Shown piece after piece: positions 46,667 through 60,233 of a stretch of DNA of 64,000 nt. A program made the translations under genes and the position numbers. A model generated the notes under the pieces. It was not told the DNA's origin. It did no database searches and worked only from the letters and a program-made list of their open reading frames with translations. Source of the stretch: Antedon mediterranea (taxonomy: Eukaryota; Animalia; Echinodermata); NCBI RefSeq assembly GCF_964355755.1, contig NC_092671.1:9052001-9116000 (forward strand), in the 5' to 3' direction. Positions within the stretch are counted from its first letter, which is position 1; the number at the start of each line of letters is the position of its first letter.

Positions 46667-49600
46667 ATGCAGGGACGATTACCTGCATGCGTCATTGACA
46701 ATGGCACAGGGTAGGTACTTCTCTTAATTGTATATGTATTAATTGTGTCCGCTCACCCTGGCCTTGTGCCGAGGCCTGCGCACCACCACCGCCGGGATAG
46801 TATGTCTCTCCTGTTTAAACATACACTTCCCGGTTCAAGACCTAGGCCTAGACAAAAATGTACTTCCTGGATCAATGGTTTTCACAGTTCCAAGGTGTAT
46901 TTAACCTTTTTGGTGGTTTTTATTCATGAATTGTTTTAAATAAGTCTTTATTTTATTGTTTTTCTAAAAAAAATTGTAGGTACGTCATATTTTAATATAA
47001 ATTTAAATTACATTAAATTAAATAATAATAATATTAAATAAATAATATAAATTAGTGGGCCTAGGGCCAAGACCTATATTTATATTAAAATTAGCATTCG
47101 TTTAATAAGTATATTCTTTAGACCTACTGGAGTTTATGATAGTAAGTATACCTTCTAACTAGTTATATAGGCTAGTAGTAGCTACAGTTACAGTAACTAC
47201 TTTTTTTAAATTCAAAGTGACATTTATTTTCTGTAATACAGAATACTAATGAATATTATTTAATTGCTAAAGGGTTAAATAATTTACAAGTTATTTATTA
47301 TCAATATTATAATTATTATATTTTGTATGTGGTCCTGGTCCACAAACATTGAATTATTCACATAATAAAATAGTAACGGAAATAAAATGATCAGTGATTG
47401 AAACCAAACCAATGAATAGATTTAACACAGCTATTGTGTACCACATGTCATATGACTATCAAGCTCTTACTCAATGATAGAGGCTAACAATAAATGTTTA
47501 AAATTCAACCAGAATCAAACCTCAAAACAAATGTGTCAAATTTTCAATCCGAGGATATTTTGTCTAAAATTGTTCAGCGTTACAAAACTGCAAACATGTA
47601 CTGTAGATACGATAGCATCAGAAAAAAATCTAAAAAAAATAAGATGGACAAAACATAATTTTTATTTTCAGGTATACCAAGATAGGATTTGCTGGTAACA
47701 CAGAGCCACAATATATAATACCATCAAGTAAGGAATGTTCTTGTTTTTCTTTAATTTTATTATTTTGAAAAATTTTGAAGGACTTACTGTAATTTTTTTT
47801 TGCCAACAGCAATGATAACAAAAGCCCTGTCTACACTGTGATGTGCCCATATATGGACATGATGGTGTCATATCATCAGTACTGTACCATATTTGGGTAC
47901 ATCACACTTCTTTTTGTCAAACTAGTTTGATAGACAGAGCTTAAAACTATTGTTCACTTTAATTATGTAACTATATTAAAATTAATATTCCAATATACTG
48001 TATATAATATATACTGTATATAATGATAATTCAAATAATTTTGTGTTCATACCACACATAATATAATAAAACTAAAGCAGTTTTATTTTCTCTTTTTTAT
48101 TCTATAAAATCTAATATAAATTGTATTTCTTGCAGCAATTGCTATCAAGGAAGGGCGCAAAATAGGTGAACAATCTCAACGACGTCTTACAAAAGGTGTA
48201 GAAGATCTTGATTTTTATATTGGTGATGAAGCTTCTGATAAACCAAACTATGAATGCAAGGTAATTTGCCAGGGTATTTGCTAGAGAATAATTAATATTC
48301 CATACACTCACTACTTGCCTTCTAAACAATCTAGCCAGTGCAAATTATATAAAATACACAATTTAATTGGTACTGCATACAGTCAATATTTTTTAGACTA
48401 CAGACTGAAACTAATAGTTGTATCTAACTTTCCATGATAATAAATATGTAATGAAAGTTTAATATTTTCATATATTTTATTGCATTTTACACACTGTTTC
48501 ATAAAGGCAAAAAAAAATCTCTCTTCAATATTAAAAATCAAGGCACTAACAGTAGGCTCCGATTTCGAGTAAGACACAGTCTGTAATGTACAATAATTTT
48601 ACAACATATTTATCTATATTGCTCTGCTTGTGATCAGAATAAAGCACTTGTTTTATGATCTTCATCCAATCTGCTTAGATTTTTTTCCATTGTAGTATCA
48701 GTAATAATCACATTTACAGAATTTAGGAGATTGCTTATATTCTATCTAAGCATACGTTTGATTGTTTTTAAGAGCATTTTCAATATACAGTACTATTTAG
48801 CCCAATAAGCCTTAGGATTTCCACAGTAGCATACTGTACTTTGTGAGTCACTGTCATTAAGAAGTGTAGATGATGTGTTGGAAAAAATTACCAAGTTTGG
48901 AAGAAATTATTGAGATCATTGAAAACAAATCCCTAGATAGTGGAAAGGAAATCTGAGTATTGGATTGACCATCAACTCAATATTCTAATTCAATAGCAGC
49001 CAATTGTTTGAAGTGTTGAAAACCTGATAAAAAAAAACAAATGTAACTGCCATTACCATATTACTTGTGTCCTAATAGAATATAACCTTGTTCACTAAAC
49101 TTAAACAGTAAATATGATAACATAATTCTGATTTATTTAACAGTACCCTATTAGGCATGGCATTGTTGAAGATTGGGATTTAATGGAAAGGTTTTGGGAA
49201 CAGACAATCTTCAAGTATTTGCGAGCAGAACCAGAGGACCACTACTTTTTGCTGGTAAATTTATAAAATTTTAACAAAAGTGTTTTATTACTGTAGGTGC
49301 CAATTAATTTAATATGACATTTAAAAAATGACCACCGCTGGAAGGAATTTGTTTTGTTTATTCTTAGTAGAATCAGAATCAGGCCCTAATCTTTCTAATG
49401 TTACATATTTTTAAAGCTATACAGTATATCTATCTATCATTTTTAATAACATTTTTTTTCAGACTGAACCTCCTCTCAACACACCAGAAAATCGAGAGTA
49501 CACTGCAGAAATTATGTTTGAAACATTCAACGTTCCTGGACTATATATTGCAGTACAGGTAAGGTTTAGTATTTATTGTTTGTTTTGAAAATGTATATAC

Positions 49601-52149
49601 AGACAGTATTTCATATTTGTTTACTAGGTACATCATTCAAATTAAGTACTTTTACTTTAATGAGTCACTTTGAAAGAAGCACTTATTCAATAATTTACGG
49701 TAAATTTGTCTTATGTCGTAGGCTGTCCTTGCATTAGCAGCATCATGGACTTCACGTCAAGTTGGTGAAAGAACGTTAACTGGTATAGTAATAGACAGTG
49801 GAGATGGAGTTACACACGTCATACCTGTTGTAAGATTTTTTAAATATTCAGTCATCATTCTTTCTTTCAAAAAAAGTTTCTGGTACACAAAATGTTTTGC
49901 TCTACATATGCAGTATGAATACAAATAATGCCTACTTCTGGTGTCAAAGATATGAACTATCTGAATTTTAGAACCATCAACTGGATGTCTCATCTGAAAA
50001 CAAACAATTTACTGGCATTCTGACATGCTAGGATGCATTATTTCATGCATGACCGAAATGGGTCGCTGAATCACACACACACACACTGGAGATCTAATTT
50101 ATATCTGAAAAACAATGTCTCCCTTTCTAAATACCTGTTAACATACACACTACCCACAAGTTACCATACATGATCCCATTCAATGTGGAACAGTGCCAAC
50201 AAAGTTTAGCAATATTCAGAGGTCAAGATTTTTCAGAACGTTAAAATTAAATTTGTTAATTATTGCAAAATGAAGTAAGCTTTTACTACATTTTTACAGG
50301 CTGAAGGCTATGTGATCGGTAGCTGTATCAAACACATCCCAATCGCTGGTCGTGATATTACATATTTTATTCAACAACTTTTACGAGAACGTGAAACGGG
50401 CATTCCACCAGAACAGTCACTCGAAACAGCCAAAGCCATCAAGGTACATAGTCTAATATTATTTAGGTTGTATAGACTATAATTTAAATACTGTAGTGGA
50501 ATTTTTGTATTTACTGGGTGGGTGGGTTTCAGTGATAAATTCAGTTTTCCTCAGAATGAAAATAATTTTCCAACTTAATCTATAAACTACTGATATCCGT
50601 TTATTTACAGAGATTATTGTTGCATTGGCAAACTTGTCTATAGTAGAATATAATTACTTCTAATTAATGAACATAACTTCTAAATAATAAGTTAATTCAT
50701 AATACAAGATAATTATTGTTACTTTTAGGAACGATTTAGCTATATTTGTCCCGATATAGCCAAGGAATTCAGCAAGTACGACACTGACTATACTAAATGG
50801 TTCAAGAAATATGATGGCGTTAACTCAGTTACCAAAAAACCATTTAGTGTTGATGTTGGCTATGAAAGATTTCTTGGACCAGAGATTTTCTTCCACCCTG
50901 AGGTAACATTTATTTTCACTAAAGCTCTGTCTACACTATCAAATTTTATTAATTTTACAGAAAATGTGATGTACCCATATATGGAAATGATGTCATCACT
51001 ACCATATTTGGGCATATCACTACCATATTTGGGCATATCACTACCATATTTGGGCATATCACTACCATATTTGGGCATATCACTACCATATTTGGGCATA
51101 TCACTACCATATTTGGGCATATCACTACCATATTTGGGCATATCACTACCATATTTGGGCATATCACTACCATATTTAGTGTAGACAGATCTTAAGGTAG
51201 TCAGATGAGTGTTGTCACTGCTTCATTTATTTCTCAAATCTTCATTATTATTGCCAATGAATATTGCTGTGGTCTGACACAAAAAAAGGTGCAGCATCAA
51301 ATCCAAGAAATCATTTGAGATGGCCCGGTTTACTAGAAATGATATAATTCTACTAGCAACTTTAATTATTATTTGTAATATCTTCTTTTACAGTTTTCAA
51401 ATCCAGACTTTACCACACCTATATCGGAGATAGTGGACACCTGCATTCAAAATTGTCCAATTGATGTCCGACGACCTCTCTACAAGAACATTGTCTTGTC
51501 CGGAGGTTCAACAATGTTCAGAGACTTTGGCAGAAGATTACAACGTGACGTGAAGAGAGTAGTAGATGCACGACTTAAAATAAGTGAATCACTTAGCGGT
51601 GGAAGAATAAAGGTATAATTATTTTGTTTATAAAACCACTATGAAGGAAGTGAACACATTTATTTTATTTTTACTTCCTCCACAGTTACTTTGTGAATAG
51701 GGAAGTAGTTAATTGACCAAATGGTTTTTTATTTTCCTTTTCAGCCAAAACCAATTGATGTATCAGTAATTTCTCATCATATGCAACGCTATGCAGTGTG
51801 GTTTGGAGGCAGTATGCTAGCATCAACTGTAAGTTATCAGCGTTTAATTTGAATTTTGACTCAATTCCCAGTAAAGTGTGTACCAAGGGTCATCCCCCCA
51901 ACCACCCCTAATTGTGCAAATTGTAATGCAAAAGATATAATCAAAAAAGATCAGCCCTTGTTTCACTACTTTTAGGCTCTGGGCCCTATTTCAAAATCCT
52001 GGATCAGCTACTGCCTTGGATACATTATTTAAATTTTATCTGTTATTTTTCAGCCTGAATTTTATCAAGTTTGCCACACGAAAGCCGACTATGAAGAATA
52101 TGGCGCTAGCATCTGTCGCCACAATCCAGTTTTCGGTACTATGTCTTAA
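46667..52149 (+). CDS. ACTR3: Actin-related protein 3, 11 exons, 418 aa
   Basis: Exons 46667-46710, 47672-47727, 48136-48260, 49144-49254, 49463-49558, 49722-49829, 50300-50443, 50729-50902, 51394-51612, 51745-51828, 52054-52149. [86 protein letters not shown]. Confidence 0.97.
47823..47941. mobile_element. MITE, AGCTCTGTCTACACT family
   Basis: AGCCCTGTCTACACT ... TAGACAGAGCT|TAA with the internal CCATATTTGGG motif. Confidence 0.7.
50923..51192. mobile_element. MITE (TAA TSD, PIF/Harbinger-like) with internal 21-bp tandem expansion
   Basis: TAA|AGCTCTGTCTACACT ... AGTGTAGACAGATCT|TAA. ATCACTACCATATTTGGGCAT occurs 8 times plus a partial unit at 50995-51177. Confidence 0.88.
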
Positions 52150-53686
52150 ATTCACCAGCTAACAACATCATCATAACACCACAATATTTTAAGCCTCAAT
52201 TTTAAAGATAATGCAACTTAAACAATCGTGATAGATTTATAGGAGGGTACTGTGCCTTTTGTATTTTGGGGATTTTCGAAAAGAACAAATTATTAGTTTT
52301 CAGAAACTGTGTAGACAGTACTCTTAGAAAAAGTAAATTACCTAATACAAAATATGAGTTGGTAAGTATGACAACTTATAATGTAAATAATGTATAACAG
52401 TGTGATTTTTCTTACACACAGTTAATACTAGATATTTGTAGAAGAAAATAAATGACATTTATAGTAATTTCTAGAAATTATTATAAACATGTCTGGAACA
52501 TTATTGCATTTAATTTGAATAAAATTGCAAATTAAACGACATGATAATGATGGGTGGCCAAATTATGTTTCATAGTTTTTTAAAAGATAATTATTTGAAG
52601 CAGAAACGTTAGTACATAGATACACTCAAGATAATTTAATATGAAAATACTCAATACATCAACTAAGCATATCAGAATTGACATTTTTGACAAAAAATGA
52701 TACAATGGCATTTTGTCACCACTAACAAATTTGAAATCAATACATCCCTCTCAGTAAATCAATCCTATTGTTTATATTTTCTGAAATTTTAAATTGCATC
52801 TGAATTTTACTGTACTCAATAATCTACGATGAAACTAGCTACCCTTAATGAATACCCTTATACTTATAACATTCTACAATTTCATATACAAAAGTATTTA
52901 TTTTGCAGTACTTATAATAATTACAATAAATGACCCCACAATATGAACATGAATTGCTATACTATTCTAATTGATGTTGGGTTGCATTTTATATTGAATT
53001 ATCTTGTAGATACAGCTAATACTAAGTCGGCAGAAAAAAGCACAATATATAAATATATATATATAATATGAGGCCATATTTGTGGCCATATTTTTCTGGC
53101 TTGTGCAGCTTTTAAGGATATATGGATTAATAAAAACATTTAAAATCGATTAAATCAAGGACAAACCAAATCAAATGAGTATACTAATTAAAATATTCTA
53201 TCATTATTTGAAATTAATAAAGAAAACTTTTATTGAATTTACTCGATATTGTGTTTTTTACAATTTTTATGGTATGTGTGCATTTACACTAGGTCTCTTG
53301 TCTAGTAATACTTGCCATTTAAGTAATAACTAAAAAGTTTGAATCTGGCAAGAAGTATTTAAAAACCCCCTTATCGTATTAACCTTTACTTTAAATGATT
53401 TATTGATATTTATGCGTTAACTTTGTTTTACAACTCAAAGCTGTGTTATTAAATACATGAAATAATTCAACACTATATACAAAAGCTGTAACACAATGAA
53501 AATAGGGCATTTACATATAATATACATATAGCACATCTGTTTGTATCAACTTGTATTCATACAATGTGTCCCTTCACCAAATAGGCCCTTTACCAACATA
53601 GTTGTCACCTTAATTCTCACTAAAAATAGAACATAACAGCAGAGCTGTAAAATATTTGCATTTAGACAAATCTCTAATCTATATTA

Positions 53687-56600
53687 TTACATTGGGAGCT
53701 CCAATGCAAAAGGTCTGGCACAGAATGCAGGGATATAGCCAAACCTCTCAGCCCTCGGTACATATACCCACATCCAGTCAATTTCTCGTTGCTGTCCTGC
53801 ATGTACTACCACAACCTCACCTGTCAGTACCTCAACTTCATCTACCTCTGTTGGTTTGTAATTTGTGATGACTGTGTATGATTCAATTATCAATGCATCT
53901 GTGGAAAAGCTCTGAAAGAGTTCTTTTGGGGAATCTTTTTCAAAATGTTCATGTTTTGACTTTTCAGAACTATTTGTATCTGCAGTGTTCAATGTTGTGA
54001 CTTCTTTCCTATCTTTTGCTATTATCTGTGTTTTTGGAGTTGAATCTGTTAGATCTACCAAACTCTCAGACTTTCTGTACTTCTGATTTTTAAGATCATT
54101 TGAATCTGGAGTTTCTGGATTACTTGACATTCGAATATGATTGCAAAAGTATTTTTTCTTGCGGGAATCCAGTGAACGATAACTGTTTCTTGTAGCTATT
54201 AAATGAGAAATATTAAATGAGAAATAGAACAGAAATTAAACAATTTATAATATTTTAACAAATCATTCAGGCACAAATTTGTAATATAAAAATAAATGAG
54301 GCTTTTGTGGGCCTAATGTAACCAAGCTGTGGAAGGATTTATAATTTAGATTAGCTTACTATTTAAAAGGATGCAAGAATTACCAAGCACTTTAGACCTT
54401 ACTTCGGTAAAAAAAAAGCCTTACCTGGCAATGCAAATCTAGGAATAACTAATGACCTTGGAACAAATCCGGCTGTTTTTTCCTGTAAGTTAGCTGGACC
54501 GTTTATATCCATTGCAATTTGAACATACAGCCATTTTGGATCATCTTCATTCATAACAATCACCTCAACTCCTTGACCAACATTAAAATCATCAGAAGTG
54601 TATTCATGCAGAATTGAAGCAGACCACAATTTAAATAACTTCTCAGGAATTGTACGCACTTTCTTTCCTCTTCTATTGAATTCTTTTTCTTGTTTAGCAG
54701 TATTACTCTTACTATCATCAATTTGTGTAGTATTTAATTCAATTTTTTTAGAACCCAGTTCGATAGAAGAGCTACTGACGGTCTCTTTAATTGATGTAGT
54801 TTTAAATTTGGCTACTGGTTTTATGTCGCGTGTTGTGTGTTTCTCAAATGCTAAATTCTGCAGTTGGTTCTTAATGTTTATATCATTAATGTCCTCATTT
54901 ACATCAGCACTTGCAAGCTTATTCTCATCAATTTCTTTTATTTCTTTACCATATTGGGCAATCATGGGTTGGACTATATCATCAAAGTCAATAGTAATGG
55001 TCTTTTTACAATCTAGGTGTTCAAAAGCTTTCACGAGTTTAGCAACTGATTTTTGTTTTTTCAACTTTAACTGTACTAAAGTTGGAGATTGATATTTCTG
55101 GTCAAGAAGATGTTTATTACCAACATATGACAAACAATGGTTCTTATTGAAAACAGTTTTTACCTTTCTTGAAGAATGAACTGGGGTATTTGGTAAAGTT
55201 GAAAACATTGAGGAGATCTCTGATTGCATTGGAGTAACATTTGTAAAAGTTGTATCAACAGGAGAGACACTTCTTACAGATGTAGCAAATGTGTCGCCCA
55301 TTGTAACATCTGTTGACATAAATGTCGTAGATGAACCATCCGTCAAAGTAGTGCTTGTAAAAGTGTCTTCTGCAGGATTGGTACAAGACGAGACCATGTT
55401 AATAGGAGTTAGTAAATCTTTCAAATCCAAGTTATCATTTAAATTTTTTTGTTCTACAGAAACATTAGCTCTTGTTATAGTAGAACATGTTGGTGTAAAC
55501 CCAGTTTGGACATCTTCTAATGATTTCATTGTACTACAGCATCCTGTTACATCTGATGCTACAGACATTGTTAACTTTAGGTGATCACTAATACCGACAC
55601 TCTCATCACAGACTGGTATGATGTCATTTTTCAGTGCATAGTCTTCCAACAATTTGGTCGTCTCTAGTTCCTCTAACCTCATTTGATCATTTGTTTCAGA
55701 AACAGATTCTTCTACAAACAATGACTTTTTCTCGGGGAGATCACTACAGTACATCAACTTGCATTTTATGTTTTCCTTCCTTACAGTTTCTGAGAGTACT
55801 ACATGAGGTTTTGGTCCATTGACGATTCCTATAAATGATGGTTGAATTAAGTCATCAGTTTTATCAGTTAAGCTAGAATGTTCCTCAATGATTTGTTTGT
55901 TATTGCCGGCTACAATTGGTAAAGATGCTTTCTTTTCCTTGTGGCTATCACTGGAAGCGAATAGCACATTAGAATCTTTACTTCTATCATCACCATTGAT
56001 GGAATGGACTGTTGTTTCATTATTGTTTATCTCATACTTGACTGGAATTTTATGACATGTGTGTTGATTCTGTTTACCATCTTTTGAAGAGGAATTTGTT
56101 AAAGCCATCTGCTGTCTGTTTTGTATTTCTGTTAATGGTCTGTTTTTAAACGACATCTTGTTTTCTTCTTTTTTATTTTCTGGTAAATCCATACAATTGG
56201 TCTGAATTCTGCTTTCTGAACCTGTACTTGAAGTCTTTCTGAGGGAGATTTTCTTTCTATTTTGTATTTCATTTAGTGTCTTTGTGTGGGAGATCCGACC
56301 GTCCATAGTTGATGGTCTCATACAAGATACTTGCTGTTTTGTATGTGTTGTTGGAAACTTTACAGATTTTTCATTTCTGAAATGTTTTTTATTTAAAGAT
56401 GAGGTCCTAAAAGTATCACGCTTTCTGTTTCTTAATGGTAGGGTACCTGTACCATTAGATGAAGTAGTAGCTGACTGCATCCCATTTTTAAAAGAACATG
56501 TTTCCATAAATGTCACCTGTTTAGAATCAGCAGTTTTAGTTTTCCATTTGTCAGCTGATTTTGTTGTGGAGCTCCTTGTTGACTTCGGTAAGGAAAGACA

Positions 56601-58670
56601 GCTCTTTGGAGTAAGCCATGAACAATCTTCCTCTATCAGTATACTTTCAACCAAGTTTAACTTCTTAGGCTGTAACCCTGTAAAAGAAAATTGTTAATTT
56701 GGAACTGACACCTGCAAGTCATAGTTTAGATAATATATTATCATACAAGGAATTAAGTTAAGCATTCTGGTAACGACAATTTTCTAGCTGAATCGCTTTT
56801 AAAAATGAAGTTTTTTTTAGTTAAAGATGTATTGTCCCTTTGACTAATTCCAAAAAATAAAAAAGTGGATCATATTGAAGTATCATAATAACTTCCAGTC
56901 ACAGTTTTCAATCAAAACATATCCCATAATGCAACACGCTTGTGTGGCTACTCTGTATGCATAATCATAAAACTTCCCCACGATCTGTGTGACCTTTTCA
57001 ACCATGACGAGTTGTAAACAATCCTAATTAGCATATCATGCATGCATACTCATGGTTTGAAATCTTTGTTTACTTTCGCTTGCGACGATTTTACAGACAA
57101 AATGTAATCAAATTAATTTACATGTTAATTACGTAAACTTTTTGTTTTTGGCTCGAATTTTCGACTTAAAGTGAATAATTTTAATATTACTTAGATATGG
57201 GTAATTTAAATTTAGAATATTTTGACCTTCATTTTTGGTTTTCAAGGGACAATACATCTTTAAGTCAATCTAAACTGTTGTCTAGATTGTTGAGTCACAT
57301 AATCTGATAATCCGGGTCCTTGGTTCAAATCTTCCAAAATAATAATCTAATAAGACTTAATGTTTATTTAGAACAATATAATATTTACAGCAATGATTAA
57401 AATTTGCTATTTAGAATTTAAAATACCATCATAGATATAACAACTATCATTCTCCATAGCTTTATTCTCTTTTGCCCATTCATCTACAAAACCATAATCA
57501 TCACTGTTGTTGTTTCCAGGTCTTCTGGACTTTTTCTTTGCTAGAATGTATGCATCAGGGCTATACATTGCAGAGCCTGAAATACACAAATATATAACAT
57601 ATATTCATTTGTACTACATACTTTTTTATTTTATTTACAGTTTTATTGTGTTTTTCATTTATTTATTCGACCAGCATAATAAAAATACAATAACATACAA
57701 TATAATATATAAAAGTGATGAATTTGGTATTTATTGAACAAACCTGTTTTTCAGTATTTACCTTTTTTTCAAATTAATAATACTCTTTTGACATAATTAA
57801 ACAAAATGTCAATGAAGTCAGAATACCCCACCATCTGATTCGTGACTGTACAGTGTACACAGACGTAACACAAGCTTTAAATCTCGGGTACAGGCATGAA
57901 TATTAAATATAATATCAGCTTAATTGTACATAAATCAAATATTTATAATAGAAATCAAGACGAAAAAATATGAATTTCCCTTAATATGGTCAAATACAAA
58001 ATTTGGCAAAATTCTTCTATAAAAACCAGGAAGACTTTTTTCATTAGTTAGGTAGCCTAATGCAATAACATGTCTGGTGACTCCCTAGAAGGTGAAAAAA
58101 GATGGTGGATATACGGTGGATAATTTTTGCTATAGCATGAAAATAAAAATATAAAGTTGAATAAAAATACTAAAAATGTAAAATTCAAGTAATATTACCT
58201 ATATTTAGTCATCTGATAACATTTTTTATCACACCGTTTATTTTTCATAGCTTTTTAAAATGCCTGTCTATTTACAAAAATGTGTGTACAAAAGAATAGA
58301 GATTTTACTGTGTAATATAAACTATCTCCCCACTGATAAGAAAGTGCTTATTTTCAACAAGCTCGTGTAACACAAATAAAATCCCAAAAATTATGAAACA
58401 TTGGGGAAACTATAGATCGATAATTATTGGAATGTATGATCAATAGAAATGTTTTGCTCGTACCTGGCCTTTAAATAGGACTAGGTCACTGCAGTGCTGT
58501 ACATGATGATATACTCCGGTATGTGACCACCATGCCATGATGCTTATAATGTGAACAGATCCACAGCACAGAGTGGGAGCCGAGCCTAATTCAATATGGG
58601 TACCGTACTTACCCGAAAAACATCCATGACGAAAGTTCTTCTTAAACCTTTTACCACACAAATATGCCAT
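53687..58670 (-). CDS. ~989-aa protein with long Ser/Thr/Lys-rich region and two SH3 domains (Dlish/Vamana-like)
   Basis: Exons (minus) 58670-58613, 57576-57427, 56677-54425, 54195-53687, in phase. N-terminus MAYLCGKRFKK. SH3-like segments ILHEYTSDDFNVGQGVEVIVMNEDDPKWLYV...GFVPRSLV and VITNYKPTEVDEVEVLTGEVV...WMWVY...GYIPAFCA. Confidence 0.8.
56825..57259. mobile_element. TTAA-flanked MITE (Kolobok-like), AGATGTATTGTCCC family
   Basis: TTAA|AGATGTATTGTCCCT ... AGGGACAATACATCT|TTAA; same TIR as 41196-41482 but a different interior. Confidence 0.8.
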
Positions 58671-60233
58671 CTTACTTAGTTCTACGTAACTGTTTTTACA
58701 ATATCACTTCACTTTACTCACTTTCGTGCCGAGAATTTGAACGAAAACATCACTGTTTTAGGAGTCAAATTACTAACATTTGCACCCCTGTGATTGGTTA
58801 ACAGGTATTACTGTTTTCACCTTGATTAATGGACCATAAAACCGATTTCAACAGGTAAAATTTTGTCGATGTTTACGCGTGAATTAAACATACCATTGTT
58901 CTTCATTTATTGTGATTAATAGTAGAACAATGTACTGCTTCCCATTGCTTGAGAACAAACGAACACTTAATACCCGGAATAATAATTGATTTTATTAATA
59001 GGTCTATAAATCGAATCTGTTACAATTTCCATTTGAAAAATGTTACCATGGTTTAGGCCTAGTCTCAATTAATTTTAATTTTGTTTATTTAATTATGCCT
59101 AAATTACTCTGTGCTCTATAGGCCTACGTTATTTTTAAATAAATATAATTGGTTAAATGTTGTTATTTGCATACAATTAGTAATCTACTTGATTTAATTA
59201 CGGATCCCTTCTTTATGAGTGTATATAGGCCTACAAACAAAACCTTCCTCCAAAATTGACTAACCTAAGTAGCTATAAGAACATTTTGATAAAAATATAC
59301 ATATATACTACTACCAATTTCTCTATCTATCAAACAAATCATTGATGACGATACGCGAATTCCCCCGTACCCTGTATGTCAATACAATTACTAGGGTCCT
59401 TTAACACAGAGAGGTGGGGGTAATTTGATGTAAACACACAACTTTTTGGTAAACTTTAATCAAAGAACCGGTACTGGTAAGATCCGTTCAGTATACGCGG
59501 TTAGCATGCAGCATGAGTAGTCCAATCCGCGCTAGCTGTCTTCTCATTTACATACAAGTGAAACAATTATTTTGGGGATTTGGAAGAATGTAATGCGCCA
59601 GCGGACGGAGATGAAATGAAGATAGTGGGCTCAGGTTGGTACGTATTTATTATAATATAAACACGTCCCAGGCTACACGCGGCCGTATTATTATTTTTAG
59701 CTTACATTTTAATAAACAGTTCTGGCTATGGGACAGATTTACAGACTCAGTAGGTATATGCATAATATATTGATACCGAAATCATCCAGCCTGGCTGGGA
59801 CGGACACATGTGCTTTACTGTTCGACTGTCGATACACAACTGCAGAAACCAGACATGCGCGCACAGCGTTTTTTGTTATCCATTTATACCTGCCCAAATT
59901 TAACAATTTACAATAATCTCAATCATGGATCGATCGAGTACAGAAAAAGATTTTTCATAAAATGCAGTAAATCTTACGATAATGTGTGTGTCTATTAAGG
60001 AAGAATTTGCAATACTTTCACTATATCTAATTCTAAAAATGTCCCGATTCTGTTGACCGGGTCATCATTTAAAAATCCCTTTTAGCGTTCCATATTGCTG
60101 AGGATATGATCAGGGTACCAATTATGTACCTAAAGTATACCTCTGCTAATATTAACGTTTTTCAGGAAAAGTGATGTGATGAATTTATCAATGCATAATA
60201 AGCATAAAGTATCAGGATAAAATGAATTTAATT

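Noticed and set aside
50860-51184. ORFs (MPKYGSD)n, (MVVICPN)n and (ISLPYLG)n
   Set aside because: Artefacts of a stop-free 21-bp repeat inside an intronic MITE of ACTR3.
54598-56697. Plus-strand ORFs of 62-164 aa
   Set aside because: Antisense shadows of the 2.25-kb minus-strand exon.
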